64,000 nt of DNA from Comamonadaceae bacterium. Lineage in GTDB: Bacteria; Pseudomonadota; Gammaproteobacteria; Burkholderiales; Burkholderiaceae_C. Below the pieces are notes generated by a model. It worked only from the letters and a program-made list of their open reading frames with translations. It was not told where the DNA came from and searched no databases. Below are positions 47,520 through 57,993 of this stretch, one piece after another (the first letter of the stretch is position 1; every line of letters starts with the position of its first letter). Both the position numbers and the translations under genes were made by a program. The DNA is taken from positions 7,427 through 71,426 of the forward strand of contig JAIXWZ010000110.1 in the NCBI GenBank assembly GCA_027491035.1, in the 5' to 3' direction.

Positions 47520-47855
47520 CTAGTGCTTGCGCGGCGGCAGCTCACGCGCCTGCACATCTTCGACGGAGCCGGGGCCGTGCCGGCTCAGCAGTCCGGGCTC
47601 GTCGGCCAGCGGCCCCTCGCGCCGGGCCCCGCTGCTGCGCCGCATCACGGTTTGGCTCATGGCCCTGAAGTTACGCATACTTTCAAAGTGTGCGCTAACT
47701 TTGAGGCGTGACTTGCCGCCAAAGACCAGGCGCAGCAGCAGCGCGAACACGAAAAAAAGAAAGAGCGTGGCCACGATGGCCAGCGCCAGCGCAAATCCGA
47801 GCAGCCTGAGCACAAAGCGCAGCACGCCGCCCAGGGCGTCAAGCAGCAGCCTCAC
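47520..47855 (-). CDS. Hypothetical membrane protein
   Basis: GTG start, long hydrophobic segment, C-terminal VEDVQAREL; 3' part of a longer GC-rich ORF. Confidence 0.6.
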   Translation of the reverse strand: MRLLLDALGGVLRFVLRLLGFALALAIVATLFLFFVFALLLRLVFGGKSRLKVSAHFESMRNFRAMSQTVMRRSSGARREGPLADEPGLLSRHGPGSVEDVQARELPPRKH

Positions 47856-48083
47856 GATTGCACCCCGTGTGCCTGCGCCTTGATGCCCCAGACTTGAGCG
47901 CCTGACTGCCGCTGCAAGTGGGGTTCCCGGCCGATGCCCCGCCGCGCAGGGCTGCACGGCTCGTGGGTCTTCATCAGCGGTGGGGTGGCGCAGGCAAGGT
48001 TCATCGAAGGCAAGTATAGGCACAGCAGGCGGCCGAGCGATGCAAGCCCCTGGCATGGCCTGGCGCATGGACAATGGCGCACC

Positions 48084-48782
48084 ATGTCCACGCAGCCTTG
48101 GCTTAGCATCGTCATGCCCGTGCTCGATGAGGCGGCAAGCCTGGGCGCGGCCTTGCAGGCCCTGCAGCCCTGGCGCGCCGCCGGCGCCGAGCTGATCGTG
48201 GTCGACGGCGGCAGCCAGGACGAAAGCCTGCAGATCGCCAGAGAACGGGCCGATCAGGCTTTGACCGCGCCGCGCGGTCGGGCGGCGCAGATGAATGCCG
48301 GCGCCGCGCGCGCGCAGGGGCGCTGGCTGCTTTTTTTGCATGCCGATACCCGTTTGCCAGACGCTGGCCTCGATGCCCTCGGCCGGCTCGATCCGGCCGC
48401 ATGTTGGGGCCGTTTTGACGTGCAGATTGACGACCCTGCCCCGCTGCTGCGCATCGTCAGTGCCATGATCAACCTGCGCTCGCGCTGTACGGGCGTGGCG
48501 ACCGGCGACCAGGCCATGTTTGTGCGCAAAGACGTCTTCGAGCAAGTCGGTCGCTTTGCCGACATCGCGTTGATGGAAGACCTGGCTCTGTCGCGCAAGC
48601 TCAAGGCCGTGGCCCGACCGGTGTGCCTGCGCCCAGCGGTGCAGACCTCGGCCCGGCGCTGGCGGCGCCACGGCATCTGGCGCACGATCTGGCTGATGTG
48701 GCGCCTGCGTGCGGCCTATTTCTTTGGGGCCGATCCAGACGATCTGGCCCGTCGCTATGGCTACCGACCGCGTGAGCGCTGA
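48084..48782 (+). CDS. GT2 glycosyltransferase (TIGR04283-like)
   Basis: LSIVMPVLDE, VVDGGSQD, GRAAQMNAG, LFLHADT, TGDQAMF, MEDL, TSARRW. Confidence 0.87.
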   Translation: MSTQPWLSIVMPVLDEAASLGAALQALQPWRAAGAELIVVDGGSQDESLQIARERADQALTAPRGRAAQMNAGAARAQGRWLLFLHADTRLPDAGLDALGRLDPAACWGRFDVQIDDPAPLLRIVSAMINLRSRCTGVATGDQAMFVRKDVFEQVGRFADIALMEDLALSRKLKAVARPVCLRPAVQTSARRWRRHGIWRTIWLMWRLRAAYFFGADPDDLARRYGYRPRER

Positions 48783-49398
48783 CCGGGTGCCGGTGGCGGT
48801 GATGGCGCGCGCGCCGGTGGCCGGCCGCGCCAAGACCCGCCTGGCTCCCTTGCTGGGCGCGGCAGGGGCGGCCCGCGCGCATCGCCAATTGCTGCTGCGA
48901 ACCTTGCAGACCGTACAGCGCAGTGGTCTGCCCTTGCAGCTGTGGTGCGAGCCTTCGGCCCGTCATCGTTTCTTTCGCGCCTTGGCGCGGGTGTCTGCCT
49001 GCACCGCCCTTGACCAGCCCGCGGGCGACTTGGGTCAGCGCATGCACGCGGCCTTTGCGGCGCACGCCCGCCACAGCAATGCCCCGCTGCTGCTGATCGG
49101 CACCGATTGCCCAGCGCTCGATCCGCAGCACTTGCGCCAGGCGGCCCAGCGCCTGCTGGACGCCGACGAGGCGGTGTTCACCCCGGCCGAAGATGGCGGC
49201 TATGTGCTGGTCGGCCTGCGTCGCCCGCAGCCGGCTTTGTTCGAGGCCATCGACTGGGGGACCGACCGGGTGATGGCGCAGACGCGCACCCGCTTGACGC
49301 AACTGGGCCTGCGCTGCAGCGAGATGCCCGTGCTGTGGGATGTGGACGAGCCGGCGGATTGGCAGCGCTGGCTGTCGATCAAGCCAGCGCCGATTTGA
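48772..49398 (+). CDS. DUF2064/TIGR04282-like nucleotidyltransferase-fold protein
   Basis: MARAPVAGRAKTRL, GDLGQRM, LIGTDCP, PAEDGGYVLVG, WDVDEPAD; GTG start overlapping the GT2 gene. Confidence 0.85.
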   Translation: MSADRVPVAVMARAPVAGRAKTRLAPLLGAAGAARAHRQLLLRTLQTVQRSGLPLQLWCEPSARHRFFRALARVSACTALDQPAGDLGQRMHAAFAAHARHSNAPLLLIGTDCPALDPQHLRQAAQRLLDADEAVFTPAEDGGYVLVGLRRPQPALFEAIDWGTDRVMAQTRTRLTQLGLRCSEMPVLWDVDEPADWQRWLSIKPAPI

Positions 49399-49487
49399 TC
49401 GCCGCTGAGCACCAGTCTGTCAAGCGTGTCCCGGCTGGCGCCCCGACCTGACTGCGCCAGCCTAGGGTGCCGACCTTGAGTCAGGCC

Positions 49488-50624
49488 TCAATTGAGCAAG
49501 GCCTGGGCAAACTCGCGTGCATTGAAGGTTTCGAGGTCTTCGAGCTTTTCGCCCACGCCGATGAAGTACACCGGCACCGCCCGCCAATCCGGGTGTTGCG
49601 CCTGCCGTTGCCGGGCCCACAACGCAATGGCGGCCAGCACGCCGCCTTTGGCCGTGCCATCGAGCTTGGTGACGATCAGGCCGGTCAGCTGCAAGGCTTC
49701 GTCGAACGCTTTGACCTGCGCCAGCGCGTTTTGCCCGGTGTTGCCATCGATCACCAGCAGCACCTCGTCGGGCGCCTGCGGGTCGGCCTTGGTGATGACC
49801 CGTTTGATCTTCTTGAGCTCCTCCATCAGGTGCAGCTGCGTGGGCAGGCGGCCGGCCGTGTCGACCAGGACCACGTCCTTGCCACGCGCCTTGCCCGCTG
49901 CGACAGCGTCAAAGCTCACGGCGGCCGGATCGCCATCGGCCTGGCTGACGATTTCGACCGTGTTGCGCTCGGCCCAGACCATGAGCTGCTCGCGCGCCGC
50001 AGCCCGAAAGGTGTCAGCTGCGGCCAGCAGCACCGAGGCGCCACTGTCGGCCAGATGGTGGGTCAGTTTGCCGATCGAGGTGGTTTTGCCCGCGCCATTG
50101 ACACCAGCGACCATGATCACAGTGGGCTGATGCTGGCCAATCACAAGGGGCTGCTCGAGCGGCTTGAGCAAATCGGCCAGCGCATCGGCGAGCAGCCCTT
50201 TGAGTGCGGCCGGCTCGCTGACCCCGCTGCGCTTGACCCGCTGTTTGAGCTCGCCGAGCAGGTGCTCGGTGGCGGCCACGCCGGCATCGGCCATCAGCAA
50301 GGCGCTTTCGAGCTCTTCGTAAAGAGCCTCGTCGATGCGAGTGCCTGCAAATACACTGGTGAGGCTGCTGCCGGTTTTGCGCAGTCCGTCTTTGAGCCGA
50401 GTCAGCCAGCTTTGGCGTGGGGCGAGGGCCGGTGGGCTTGGGGCAGCGCCCTCGCTGAGCTGTGGCGCCACTGCTGATGAAGGTGGCGAAGGTTGTGAAG
50501 GTGGCGAAGCTAGCGGTTGCGCCGGAACTTGCGGTCGATCGAGCAAGTCTTTGGCAGGGTCAACGACGGCTGTTTGCGCAGGCGGCGAGCCAGGCGAGAG
50601 GAATTTCTTGAAGAAACTGAACAT
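49488..50624 (-). CDS. ftsY: Signal recognition particle receptor
   Basis: GVNGAGKTTSIGKL, DTFRAAA, DTAGR, TKLDGTAKGG. Confidence 0.97.
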   Translation of the reverse strand: MFSFFKKFLSPGSPPAQTAVVDPAKDLLDRPQVPAQPLASPPSQPSPPSSAVAPQLSEGAAPSPPALAPRQSWLTRLKDGLRKTGSSLTSVFAGTRIDEALYEELESALLMADAGVAATEHLLGELKQRVKRSGVSEPAALKGLLADALADLLKPLEQPLVIGQHQPTVIMVAGVNGAGKTTSIGKLTHHLADSGASVLLAAADTFRAAAREQLMVWAERNTVEIVSQADGDPAAVSFDAVAAGKARGKDVVLVDTAGRLPTQLHLMEELKKIKRVITKADPQAPDEVLLVIDGNTGQNALAQVKAFDEALQLTGLIVTKLDGTAKGGVLAAIALWARQRQAQHPDWRAVPVYFIGVGEKLEDLETFNAREFAQALLN

Positions 50625-50710
50625 GGAGCAGGACTTTTGCAGTCGCTCTATTCTATGGACCGTTGGCCGGGCCGCTGTTTTGCGTCCGGATTGTTAAAGA
50701 GGACCCTCGC

Positions 50711-52171
50711 ATGCGTTTTTTTTGGGCAAAGCCCTCGCTCTGGGCGGTTTGCGCCCTGTTGGTTTTGGGCGCGCCGCCTGTGCTGGCGCAGCCGGCCAGC
50801 GCTGCCGCCCAGCGACCGGTCGCTTCGGCGCAGCAATTTGTGCTGTCCAACGGCATGACGCTCATGGTCAGCGTCAACCGCCGCGCGCCCACTGCGGTGC
50901 ACATGCTGTGGCTGCGGGTGGGCTCGATCGACGAGGTCGACGGCACATCGGGCGTGGCCCATGTGGTCGAGCACATGATGTTCAAAGGCACGCCCAGTCT
51001 GGCGCCGGGCGAATACTCCAAGCGCATCGCTGCGCTGGGCGGGCGTGACAACGCCTTCACCAGCCGCGATGCCACCGCCTACCACCAGCAAATTCCCGCC
51101 GCGCGCCTGCGCGAGGTGATGGAGTTGGAGGCCGACCGGTTCGCGCGCAACACCTGGGCCGACGAGGAGTTCAAGCGCGAGATCGAGGTCATCAAGGAAG
51201 AGCGCAGGCAGCGCGTCGACGACTCGCCGCGCGGCCAGCTCTATGAAATCGCTCGTGCCGCCATGTTCACCGCCTCGCCCTACAGGCGTCCGATCATAGG
51301 CTGGATGAACGATCTTGACGCCATGACCGCCCAGGATGTGCGCGAGTTCTACCAGCGCTGGTACGCGCCTGCCAATGCTGCGGTCGTGGTGGCCGGCGAC
51401 GTCGATGTCGAGCAGGTGCGCCAGTGGGCCGAGCAGTACTACGGCGCCATTCCTGCGCGCGCCGTGCCCGAGCGCAAGCCTCGCCTGGAGCCGCCGCAGT
51501 CGGGGCCGCGCCGCATCGAGCACCGCGCGCGCAGCAACCAGCCTTATGTCAGCCTCATGTACAAGGTGCCGCAGCTTGAGGCCCAAGCCTTGCGCCAAGC
51601 CGAGCTCGGCCCCGGTACCAGTCGCGACGCCTTGGCCCTGACGGTGCTCGCTGCGGTGCTCGATGGCCATTCGGCCGCACGGCTGGACCGCGCTTTGACT
51701 CAGGGTGAGCGGCGCCTGGCCCTGCGCGCCGGCGCCTTCAACGGTTTGTACGGTCGGGGCCCGCAGGTGTTTGTGCTCGATGGGGTGCCCGCTGATGGTG
51801 TGCCGGCGCAGCAGTTGATGGACGCGCTGCGCGAGCAGGTGGGCCGCATCGCGCGCGAGGGTGTCAGCGAGGTCGAACTGGCGCGCGTCAAAACCCAATG
51901 GGTGGCCAGCGAAACCTACAAGCGCGATGCGCTGTTCAGCCAGGCCAATGAATTGGGGTCGAATTGGCTGCTGGGTTTTCCCATCGATGCAGGCGCTGTG
52001 ATCGTGCAGCATCTGCGCAGCATCACGGCGCAGGAAGTGCAATCGGTGGCGCAGCGCTACTTTGGCGATGAGCAATTGACCGAGGCGGTGCTTGTGCCGC
52101 AGGCCGGCACCCCCAGTCTGCCGCGTCGCGGCGGCCCGGGTGCCGGTGACACCCCCGCGAGGGAGCATTGA
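50711..52171 (+). CDS. M16 family zinc peptidase, catalytic subunit
   Basis: HVVEH (HXXEH), NAFTSRDAT, EERRQR. Confidence 0.92.
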   Translation: MRFFWAKPSLWAVCALLVLGAPPVLAQPASAAAQRPVASAQQFVLSNGMTLMVSVNRRAPTAVHMLWLRVGSIDEVDGTSGVAHVVEHMMFKGTPSLAPGEYSKRIAALGGRDNAFTSRDATAYHQQIPAARLREVMELEADRFARNTWADEEFKREIEVIKEERRQRVDDSPRGQLYEIARAAMFTASPYRRPIIGWMNDLDAMTAQDVREFYQRWYAPANAAVVVAGDVDVEQVRQWAEQYYGAIPARAVPERKPRLEPPQSGPRRIEHRARSNQPYVSLMYKVPQLEAQALRQAELGPGTSRDALALTVLAAVLDGHSAARLDRALTQGERRLALRAGAFNGLYGRGPQVFVLDGVPADGVPAQQLMDALREQVGRIAREGVSEVELARVKTQWVASETYKRDALFSQANELGSNWLLGFPIDAGAVIVQHLRSITAQEVQSVAQRYFGDEQLTEAVLVPQAGTPSLPRRGGPGAGDTPAREH

Positions 52172-53586
52172 TGAGCCCGCACCCTGTTTTCAAGGAGAGT
52201 TCTGTGTTGCGCCTGGCCCTGACCCTGGCGGCCTGCCTGCGCCGCGCCCCGTTTGCAGCCTTGCCGCGCTGCTTGAGTCTGCTGCTGGTCGGCTTGATGG
52301 CGCCGGCTTGGGCCAGTTTGCCGATCGAGCACTGGCAGCAGCCCAGCGGCGCGCGTGTTTACCTGGTGCGCAGCCCCTCGATCCCGATGCTCGACGTGCA
52401 GGTCGACTTTGATGCGGGTCTGCGCCGCGAGCCTGCCCAGCAAATCGGGCTGGCCAGTGCCATGGCCAATTTGCTCAGCAAGGGCGTGTTGGCCCACGGA
52501 AAGGACGGCGCGCTCGACGAAAACGCGATCACCGAAGCGTGGGTCGACCTGGGGGCCAGTTTCAGCGCCAGCGCCGGTGCCGATCGGCTCAGCTTCTCGC
52601 TGCGCTCGCTCACCGATCCGGTGCTGCTGGGCAAGGCGGTGGCCCTGGCCGCGCGCCAGTTGGGCGAGCCGGCCTTTCCCGCCCAGGTGTGGCAACGCGA
52701 GCGCGAGCGCTACATCGCTGACCTCAAGGAGTCCTACACCCGACCGGCCAGCGTGGCGGGGCGTCACTACGTCAAGGCGATTTACGGCGACCATCCCTAC
52801 GGCCATGAAATGACCGAGCAGACCTTGCAGCGCATCAGCACCGAGGACATGCAGCGCTTTTATCGCGCGCATGTCGGCGCTTGCCAAGCGCGCGTCAGCC
52901 TGGTTGGCGACATCGATCGCGCGCAGGCCGATGCTCTGGTGGGCCAGCTGCTGGCCCGCCTGCCCCAAGGCCCCTGCGGCTCGGGCGCCAGGCTGCCAGC
53001 GGTGGCCGAGGTGCAGCCCTTGACGCAGCCGGCTCAACTGCGCATCCCGTTCAAGGCAGCGCAGGCACGGGTGCTGATTGGCCAGCCCGGCTTCAAGCGC
53101 TCGGACCCCGACTTTTTCGCGCTGACCGTGGGCAATTACATCCTCGGCGGCGGCGGCTTCGTCTCTCGGCTGACGCGACAGGTGCGGGAGCTGCGAGGCC
53201 TGAGCTACAGCGTCTACAGCTATTTCTCGCCGGGCTTGCATGCGGGCTCCTTTACCATCGGCCTGAGCACCCGGCCCGATCAGGCCGATCAGGCGGTCGG
53301 CGTGGTGTACGACGTGCTGCGTGACTTCGTCGAAAAAGGCCCCAGTGAACAAGAGTTGCGTGAGGCCCAGCAAAGCCTGATCGGCGGCTTTGTGCTGCGC
53401 TTGGACAGCAATGCGCGGCTGCTTGAAAACGTGGCCAACATCGCCTGGCACGACCTGCCCCTCGATTACCTGAGCACCTGGTCGGCCCAGGTCGAGCGTT
53501 TGAGCACCGCCGATATCCGCGCCGCCTTTGCACGCAAAGTGCAGCCCGATCGCATGGTCACCTTGGTGCTGGGGGCCGGTTCGTGA
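52171..53586 (+). CDS. M16 family peptidase, non-catalytic subunit
   Basis: M16 fold, HXXEH absent (GLASAMANLL), GGGGFVSRL...RELRGLSY. Confidence 0.88.
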   Translation: MSPHPVFKESSVLRLALTLAACLRRAPFAALPRCLSLLLVGLMAPAWASLPIEHWQQPSGARVYLVRSPSIPMLDVQVDFDAGLRREPAQQIGLASAMANLLSKGVLAHGKDGALDENAITEAWVDLGASFSASAGADRLSFSLRSLTDPVLLGKAVALAARQLGEPAFPAQVWQRERERYIADLKESYTRPASVAGRHYVKAIYGDHPYGHEMTEQTLQRISTEDMQRFYRAHVGACQARVSLVGDIDRAQADALVGQLLARLPQGPCGSGARLPAVAEVQPLTQPAQLRIPFKAAQARVLIGQPGFKRSDPDFFALTVGNYILGGGGFVSRLTRQVRELRGLSYSVYSYFSPGLHAGSFTIGLSTRPDQADQAVGVVYDVLRDFVEKGPSEQELREAQQSLIGGFVLRLDSNARLLENVANIAWHDLPLDYLSTWSAQVERLSTADIRAAFARKVQPDRMVTLVLGAGS

Positions 53587-54182
53587 CGGCAGGACGCGCC
53601 GCATCAGGTAGCGCCCGCTTGCCCGGGCAGGTGCGCATCATTGGAGGGCGCTACAAGCGCACCCCCGTGCCGGTGGCCCAGCGCCCGGGCCTGCGCCCCA
53701 CGCCCGACCGGGTGCGTGAGACCTTGTTCAACTGGCTGGGCCAGGATCTGACGGGCTGGCATGTGATTGATGTGTTTGCCGGCACCGGCGTGCTCGGCCT
53801 GGAGGCGGTGTCGCGCGGAGCCAGCCGGGTGCAGGCCTTCGAGCAAGATGCCGAGCTCGTGCGGCGCATTGAGGCGATGCGCGAAAAACTGCAGGCCCAT
53901 GCCTTGAGCGTGGTGCGCGGCGACGGCTTGAGCCTGCTGCGCAGCGTGCCTGCGGGCAGTGCCCAACTGGTGCTGCTCGATCCACCGTTCGAGGCCAATG
54001 TCTGGGCGCCGGCTTTGCAGGCCGCGGCGCGGGCGCTGGCCGATCCGGGCTGTATCTATCTGGAGGCCAATCGCGCCTGGAGCGACGACGATGGCCTGCT
54101 CGATTTGGGCCTGCAAGTGCAGCGCCAGGGCAAGGCGGGGGCTGTGCACTACCACCTGATCGGCCGCAGGCAGCCGGACTGA
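53583..54182 (+). CDS. rsmD: 16S rRNA m2G966 methyltransferase
   Basis: VRIIGG, RPTPDRVRETLFNWL, DVFAGTG, DPPF. Confidence 0.94.
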   Translation: MTAGRAASGSARLPGQVRIIGGRYKRTPVPVAQRPGLRPTPDRVRETLFNWLGQDLTGWHVIDVFAGTGVLGLEAVSRGASRVQAFEQDAELVRRIEAMREKLQAHALSVVRGDGLSLLRSVPAGSAQLVLLDPPFEANVWAPALQAAARALADPGCIYLEANRAWSDDDGLLDLGLQVQRQGKAGAVHYHLIGRRQPD

Positions 54183-54222
54183 GCCATGCTGGGCCCAGAG
54201 CGGTTTCTAGGATAATCGGATC

Positions 54223-54723
54223 ATGGCGACGCCTTCCAAACGCATTGCGGTCTACAGCGGCACCTTCGATCCTTTCACGCTAGGCCATACCGATGTGGTG
54301 CGCCGCGCGCTGGGCCTGTTCGATCAGGTCATCGTTGCCGTAGCGATGGCGCATCACAAGAAAACCCTGTTCAGCCTCGAGCAGCGGGTCAGCCAAGTGG
54401 GCCAGGCCTGCGCCAGCCTAGGCGATGTGCGGGTGCTGCCCTTTGAGGGTCTGATCATGGACTTTTGCGCTGCGCAGCAAGCCTGCGCGGTGGTGCGCGG
54501 CGTGCGCAACCTCACCGACTTCGACTACGAGGCGCAAATGGCGGCCATGAACCGCAAGCTGCGGCCGCAGGTCGAGACAGTGTTCTTGCTCCCCGACGCG
54601 CCGCTGCAGTGCATCAGCAGCACGCTGGTGCGCGAGATCAGCAAGCTCGGCGGTGATGTCAGTCAAATGGTCAGCCCGGCCGTTGCCGAGCAGTTGCGAG
54701 CCGTCCATGTTGCAAAGGACTGA
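54223..54723 (+). CDS. coaD: Pantetheine-phosphate adenylyltransferase
   Basis: YSGTFDPFTLGH, RGVRNLTDFDYE, ISSTLVREI. Confidence 0.95.
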   Translation: MATPSKRIAVYSGTFDPFTLGHTDVVRRALGLFDQVIVAVAMAHHKKTLFSLEQRVSQVGQACASLGDVRVLPFEGLIMDFCAAQQACAVVRGVRNLTDFDYEAQMAAMNRKLRPQVETVFLLPDAPLQCISSTLVREISKLGGDVSQMVSPAVAEQLRAVHVAKD

Positions 54724-55250
<527 letters not shown>

Positions 55251-55266
55251 GGGGCAGGGGCGCGAT

Positions 55267-55893
55267 TTAGGCCGGTGCCGTGGGCGCAGGAGGGTCTTTG
55301 CGCGGGGGCTTGGGTCTGGGCGGTGCTTCGGTGTGGATCTGCTGCATCGCTTTTTCCATCTCGCCGCGCACGATCGAGTCGATGGCCTTGACGCTGCGCG
55401 CAATCGCGGCCTGCATGGCGGTGCGTTGTTCGGCCATGGGTTTGCCCAGCACCCAGTTGGAGACTTCTGACTTGTCGCCCGGATGGCCGATGCCGATGCG
55501 AAGGCGCCAGTAGTTGCCTGTGCCCAGCTGGGCGTGGATGTCGCGCAGGCCGTTTTGGCCGGCATGACCGCCACCGAACTTGAGTTTGGCCTGGCCGGGC
55601 GGCAGATCCAGCTCGTCGTGTGCGACCAGAATCTCTTCAGGCGCAATCTTGAAAAATCGCGCCAACGCGGCCACCGATTTGCCCGACAGATTCATGAAGG
55701 TTTGCGGCTCGAGCAGCCAGAGGTTGCTGCCCTGCACTTGCGTGCGACCCACGCGGCCATGGTAGGCGCGCTCGGTGGCCAGCGTGACCTTGAGCTCGCG
55801 TGCGACGTCGTCCAGCCACCAAAAGCCCGCGTTGTGCCGGGTGGCTTCGTATTCCTGGCCTGGATTGCCCAGGCCCACCAGGAGTTTGATCAC
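55267..55893 (-). CDS. pth: Peptidyl-tRNA hydrolase
   Basis: VGLGNPG, TRHNAG, FMNLSG, HDELD, GHAGQNG, RLRIGIG; GTG start. Confidence 0.95.
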   Translation of the reverse strand: MIKLLVGLGNPGQEYEATRHNAGFWWLDDVARELKVTLATERAYHGRVGRTQVQGSNLWLLEPQTFMNLSGKSVAALARFFKIAPEEILVAHDELDLPPGQAKLKFGGGHAGQNGLRDIHAQLGTGNYWRLRIGIGHPGDKSEVSNWVLGKPMAEQRTAMQAAIARSVKAIDSIVRGEMEKAMQQIHTEAPPRPKPPRKDPPAPTAPA

Positions 55894-55940
55894 GGGTAAA
55901 ACCGTCCAGGGCAGTGTCAGGGTAGGCTCGAGCTGGCTGC

Positions 55941-55978
55941 AAAAAAGCCCGTGCCTCGGGTGAGTGCACGGGCCTTTT
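55941..55978 (-). terminator. Intrinsic terminator after rplY
   Basis: GCCCGTGC...GCACGGGC stem with T6 on the minus strand. Confidence 0.75.
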
Positions 55979-55999
55979 CGGCGAGCTCTGCGGCAGGAA

Positions 56000-56635
56000 T
56001 TACTTCTTGCCTTTGGCCGGCTTGGCGGCGCCTTTTGCATCGGCTGCCGGTGCGGCTGCCGGCGCTGCGGCCTCTTCCTCGATTGCGGTCACCGATGCGA
56101 GCACCGGGTTGACCTGGCCTTTGGTGACCACCTTCACGCCCTTGGGCAGCGTGATGTCGTTGACGTGCAGCGAGTGGCCTTTTTTCATGCCGCTCAGATC
56201 GACGGCGATGAACTCGGGAATGTCGGCCGGGAAGCACGAGACGGTCAACTCGTTGACCACGTGGTTGACCAGGCACTTCTCGGCCTTGACCGCTGGCGAG
56301 TTTTCCTCGCCGCTAAAGTGCAGCGGAACCTTGACCGTCATGCGGGTGGTGGCCTCGACGCGCTGGAAGTCGATGTGCTGAACCTGCGGCTTGTAGGGGT
56401 GCATCTGCAAGTCGCGCAGCAGCACCTTGTGCACCGCGCCGCCGAGTTCCATCTCGAGGATGGAGGCGTGGAAAGCCTCTTTTTTGATGGCGTGAAACAG
56501 CGCGTTGTGATCGAGTTCGATCAGCATGGGCTCGCCCGTGCCACCGTAGACGATGCCGGGCGTGCGGCCCGTGATGCGCAGACGGCGGCTCGCACCCGTA
56601 CCCTGCAGCTTGCGCTCGAAAGCGACGAATTTCAT
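56000..56635 (-). CDS. rplY: 50S ribosomal protein L25/CTC
   Basis: [23 protein letters not shown]. Confidence 0.95.
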   Translation of the reverse strand: MKFVAFERKLQGTGASRRLRITGRTPGIVYGGTGEPMLIELDHNALFHAIKKEAFHASILEMELGGAVHKVLLRDLQMHPYKPQVQHIDFQRVEATTRMTVKVPLHFSGEENSPAVKAEKCLVNHVVNELTVSCFPADIPEFIAVDLSGMKKGHSLHVNDITLPKGVKVVTKGQVNPVLASVTAIEEEAAAPAAAPAADAKGAAKPAKGKK

Positions 56636-56720
56636 GGTTTTCTCCTGCTGAGGCGGACCGCGACCAGTCTCGCCTCGTGACAACAATGGCAGCTTGCGCT
56701 GCCGGCTTATCGTTTCCGGC

Positions 56721-57695
56721 TCAAAACAGGTTGTCTTGCTCCGAAAACAGACTCATGACCGACTCTCCGCGGGCGATGCGCTGTATGGTTTCAGCAAACA
56801 GCGGCGCCACCGAGAGTTGGCGTATCTTGCTGCACGCCCGGGCCTGGGCGTTCAGCGGTATGGTGTTGGTGATGACGACCTCGTCGAGCGCGTCGCCCTT
56901 GGACAATCGCTCGATGGCCGGCCCCGAAAAGACCGGGTGCGTGCAGTAGGCGTAGACCTTTTTGGCGCCGCGCTCTTTGAGCACTTCGGCTGCCTTGACC
57001 AGGGTGCCGGCGGTGTCGATCATGTCGTCCATGATGACGCAGTTGCGCCCCTCAATGTCGCCAATGACGTGCATCACCTCCGACACATTGGCTTTGGGGC
57101 GGCGCTTGTCGATGATGGCCATGTCGCAGCCCAGCTGCTTGGCCAGGGCGCGCGCGCGCACCACGCCGCCAACGTCGGGGCTGACGACCATCAGATCGGA
57201 GTAGTTCTTTTGTGTCAGATCGCCCAGCAGCACAGGCGAGGCGTAGATGTTGTCGACCGGGATGTCAAAAAAGCCCTGAATCTGGTCGGCGTGCAAGTCC
57301 ATGGTGAGCACGCGCGAGACGCCCACGGCCTGCAGCATATTGGCCACCACCTTGGCAGTAATGGGCACCCGCGCCGAGCGGGGCCGGCGGTCCTGGCGGG
57401 CGTAGCCGAAATAGGGGATGACGGCGGAAATGCGTTCGGCCGAGGCGCGCTTGAGCGCATCGACCATGATCAGCAGTTCCATCAGGTTGTCGTTGGTCGG
57501 CGCGCAGGTGGACTGCACCACGAACACGTCGCGGGCGCGCACGTTTTGCTGGATCTCGACTGTCACCTCGCCATCAGAAAACCGGCCGACGTGAGCTGCG
57601 CCCAGGGTGCCGCCCAGATCACTGGCGATCTCCTGCGCCATGGTTGGATTGGCGTTGCCCGTAAAGAGCAGGAAGTCGGAGGAGGGGGTGTGCAT
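56721..57695 (-). CDS. prs: Ribose-phosphate pyrophosphokinase
   Basis: [42 protein letters not shown]. Confidence 0.97.
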   Translation of the reverse strand: MHTPSSDFLLFTGNANPTMAQEIASDLGGTLGAAHVGRFSDGEVTVEIQQNVRARDVFVVQSTCAPTNDNLMELLIMVDALKRASAERISAVIPYFGYARQDRRPRSARVPITAKVVANMLQAVGVSRVLTMDLHADQIQGFFDIPVDNIYASPVLLGDLTQKNYSDLMVVSPDVGGVVRARALAKQLGCDMAIIDKRRPKANVSEVMHVIGDIEGRNCVIMDDMIDTAGTLVKAAEVLKERGAKKVYAYCTHPVFSGPAIERLSKGDALDEVVITNTIPLNAQARACSKIRQLSVAPLFAETIQRIARGESVMSLFSEQDNLF

Positions 57696-57846
57696 GTCAG
57701 GCCTCGCAAGGGTGGAGGGGGGCAGGGCGCAGAGTTTGGCGAGGTGTCTGGCGGTATCGGCGGGTACCCGTGGCTGACTCGGTCACGACCGGACTTGCTG
57801 GCGATCGGCCCACACAGGGGCAGGTCGCCTTCAAGGCCGAAACGTT

Positions 57847-57923
57847 TGGCAGGGGAGGAAGGACTCGAACCCTCGCATGCCGGAATCAAAATCCGGTGCC
57901 TTGACCAACTTGGCGACTCCCCT
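57847..57923 (-). tRNA. tRNA-Gln (anticodon TTG)
   Basis: Minus strand AGGGGAGTCGCCAAGTTGGTCAAGGCACCGGATTTTGATTCCGGCATGCGAGGGTTCGAGTCCTTCCTCCCCTGCCA folds as a cloverleaf with encoded CCA; usual ispE-tRNA-Gln-prs position. Confidence 0.96.
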
Positions 57924-57993
57924 ACACAGGAGCGCGACCCTTGCGGATTTCGCCCCTCAAATCTTGATGCCCGTGCACCTGAGCGGCGGCAGT

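Noticed and set aside
47930-47990. CTGATGA on the minus strand suggesting a hammerhead ribozyme
   Set aside because: No GAAA core or supporting stems
47520-48833. 437-aa minus-strand ORF
   Set aside because: Only the last ~111 codons look protein-like; the rest is antisense to the GT2 gene
52171-53586. M16 peptidase lacking HXXEH as a pseudogene or novelty
   Set aside because: Catalytic plus non-catalytic M16B heterodimer pairs are well known; the ORF is intact
57847-57923. tRNA-Gln as an island integration site
   Set aside because: Flanked by core ispE and prs; no integrase or duplicated 3' tRNA fragment seen
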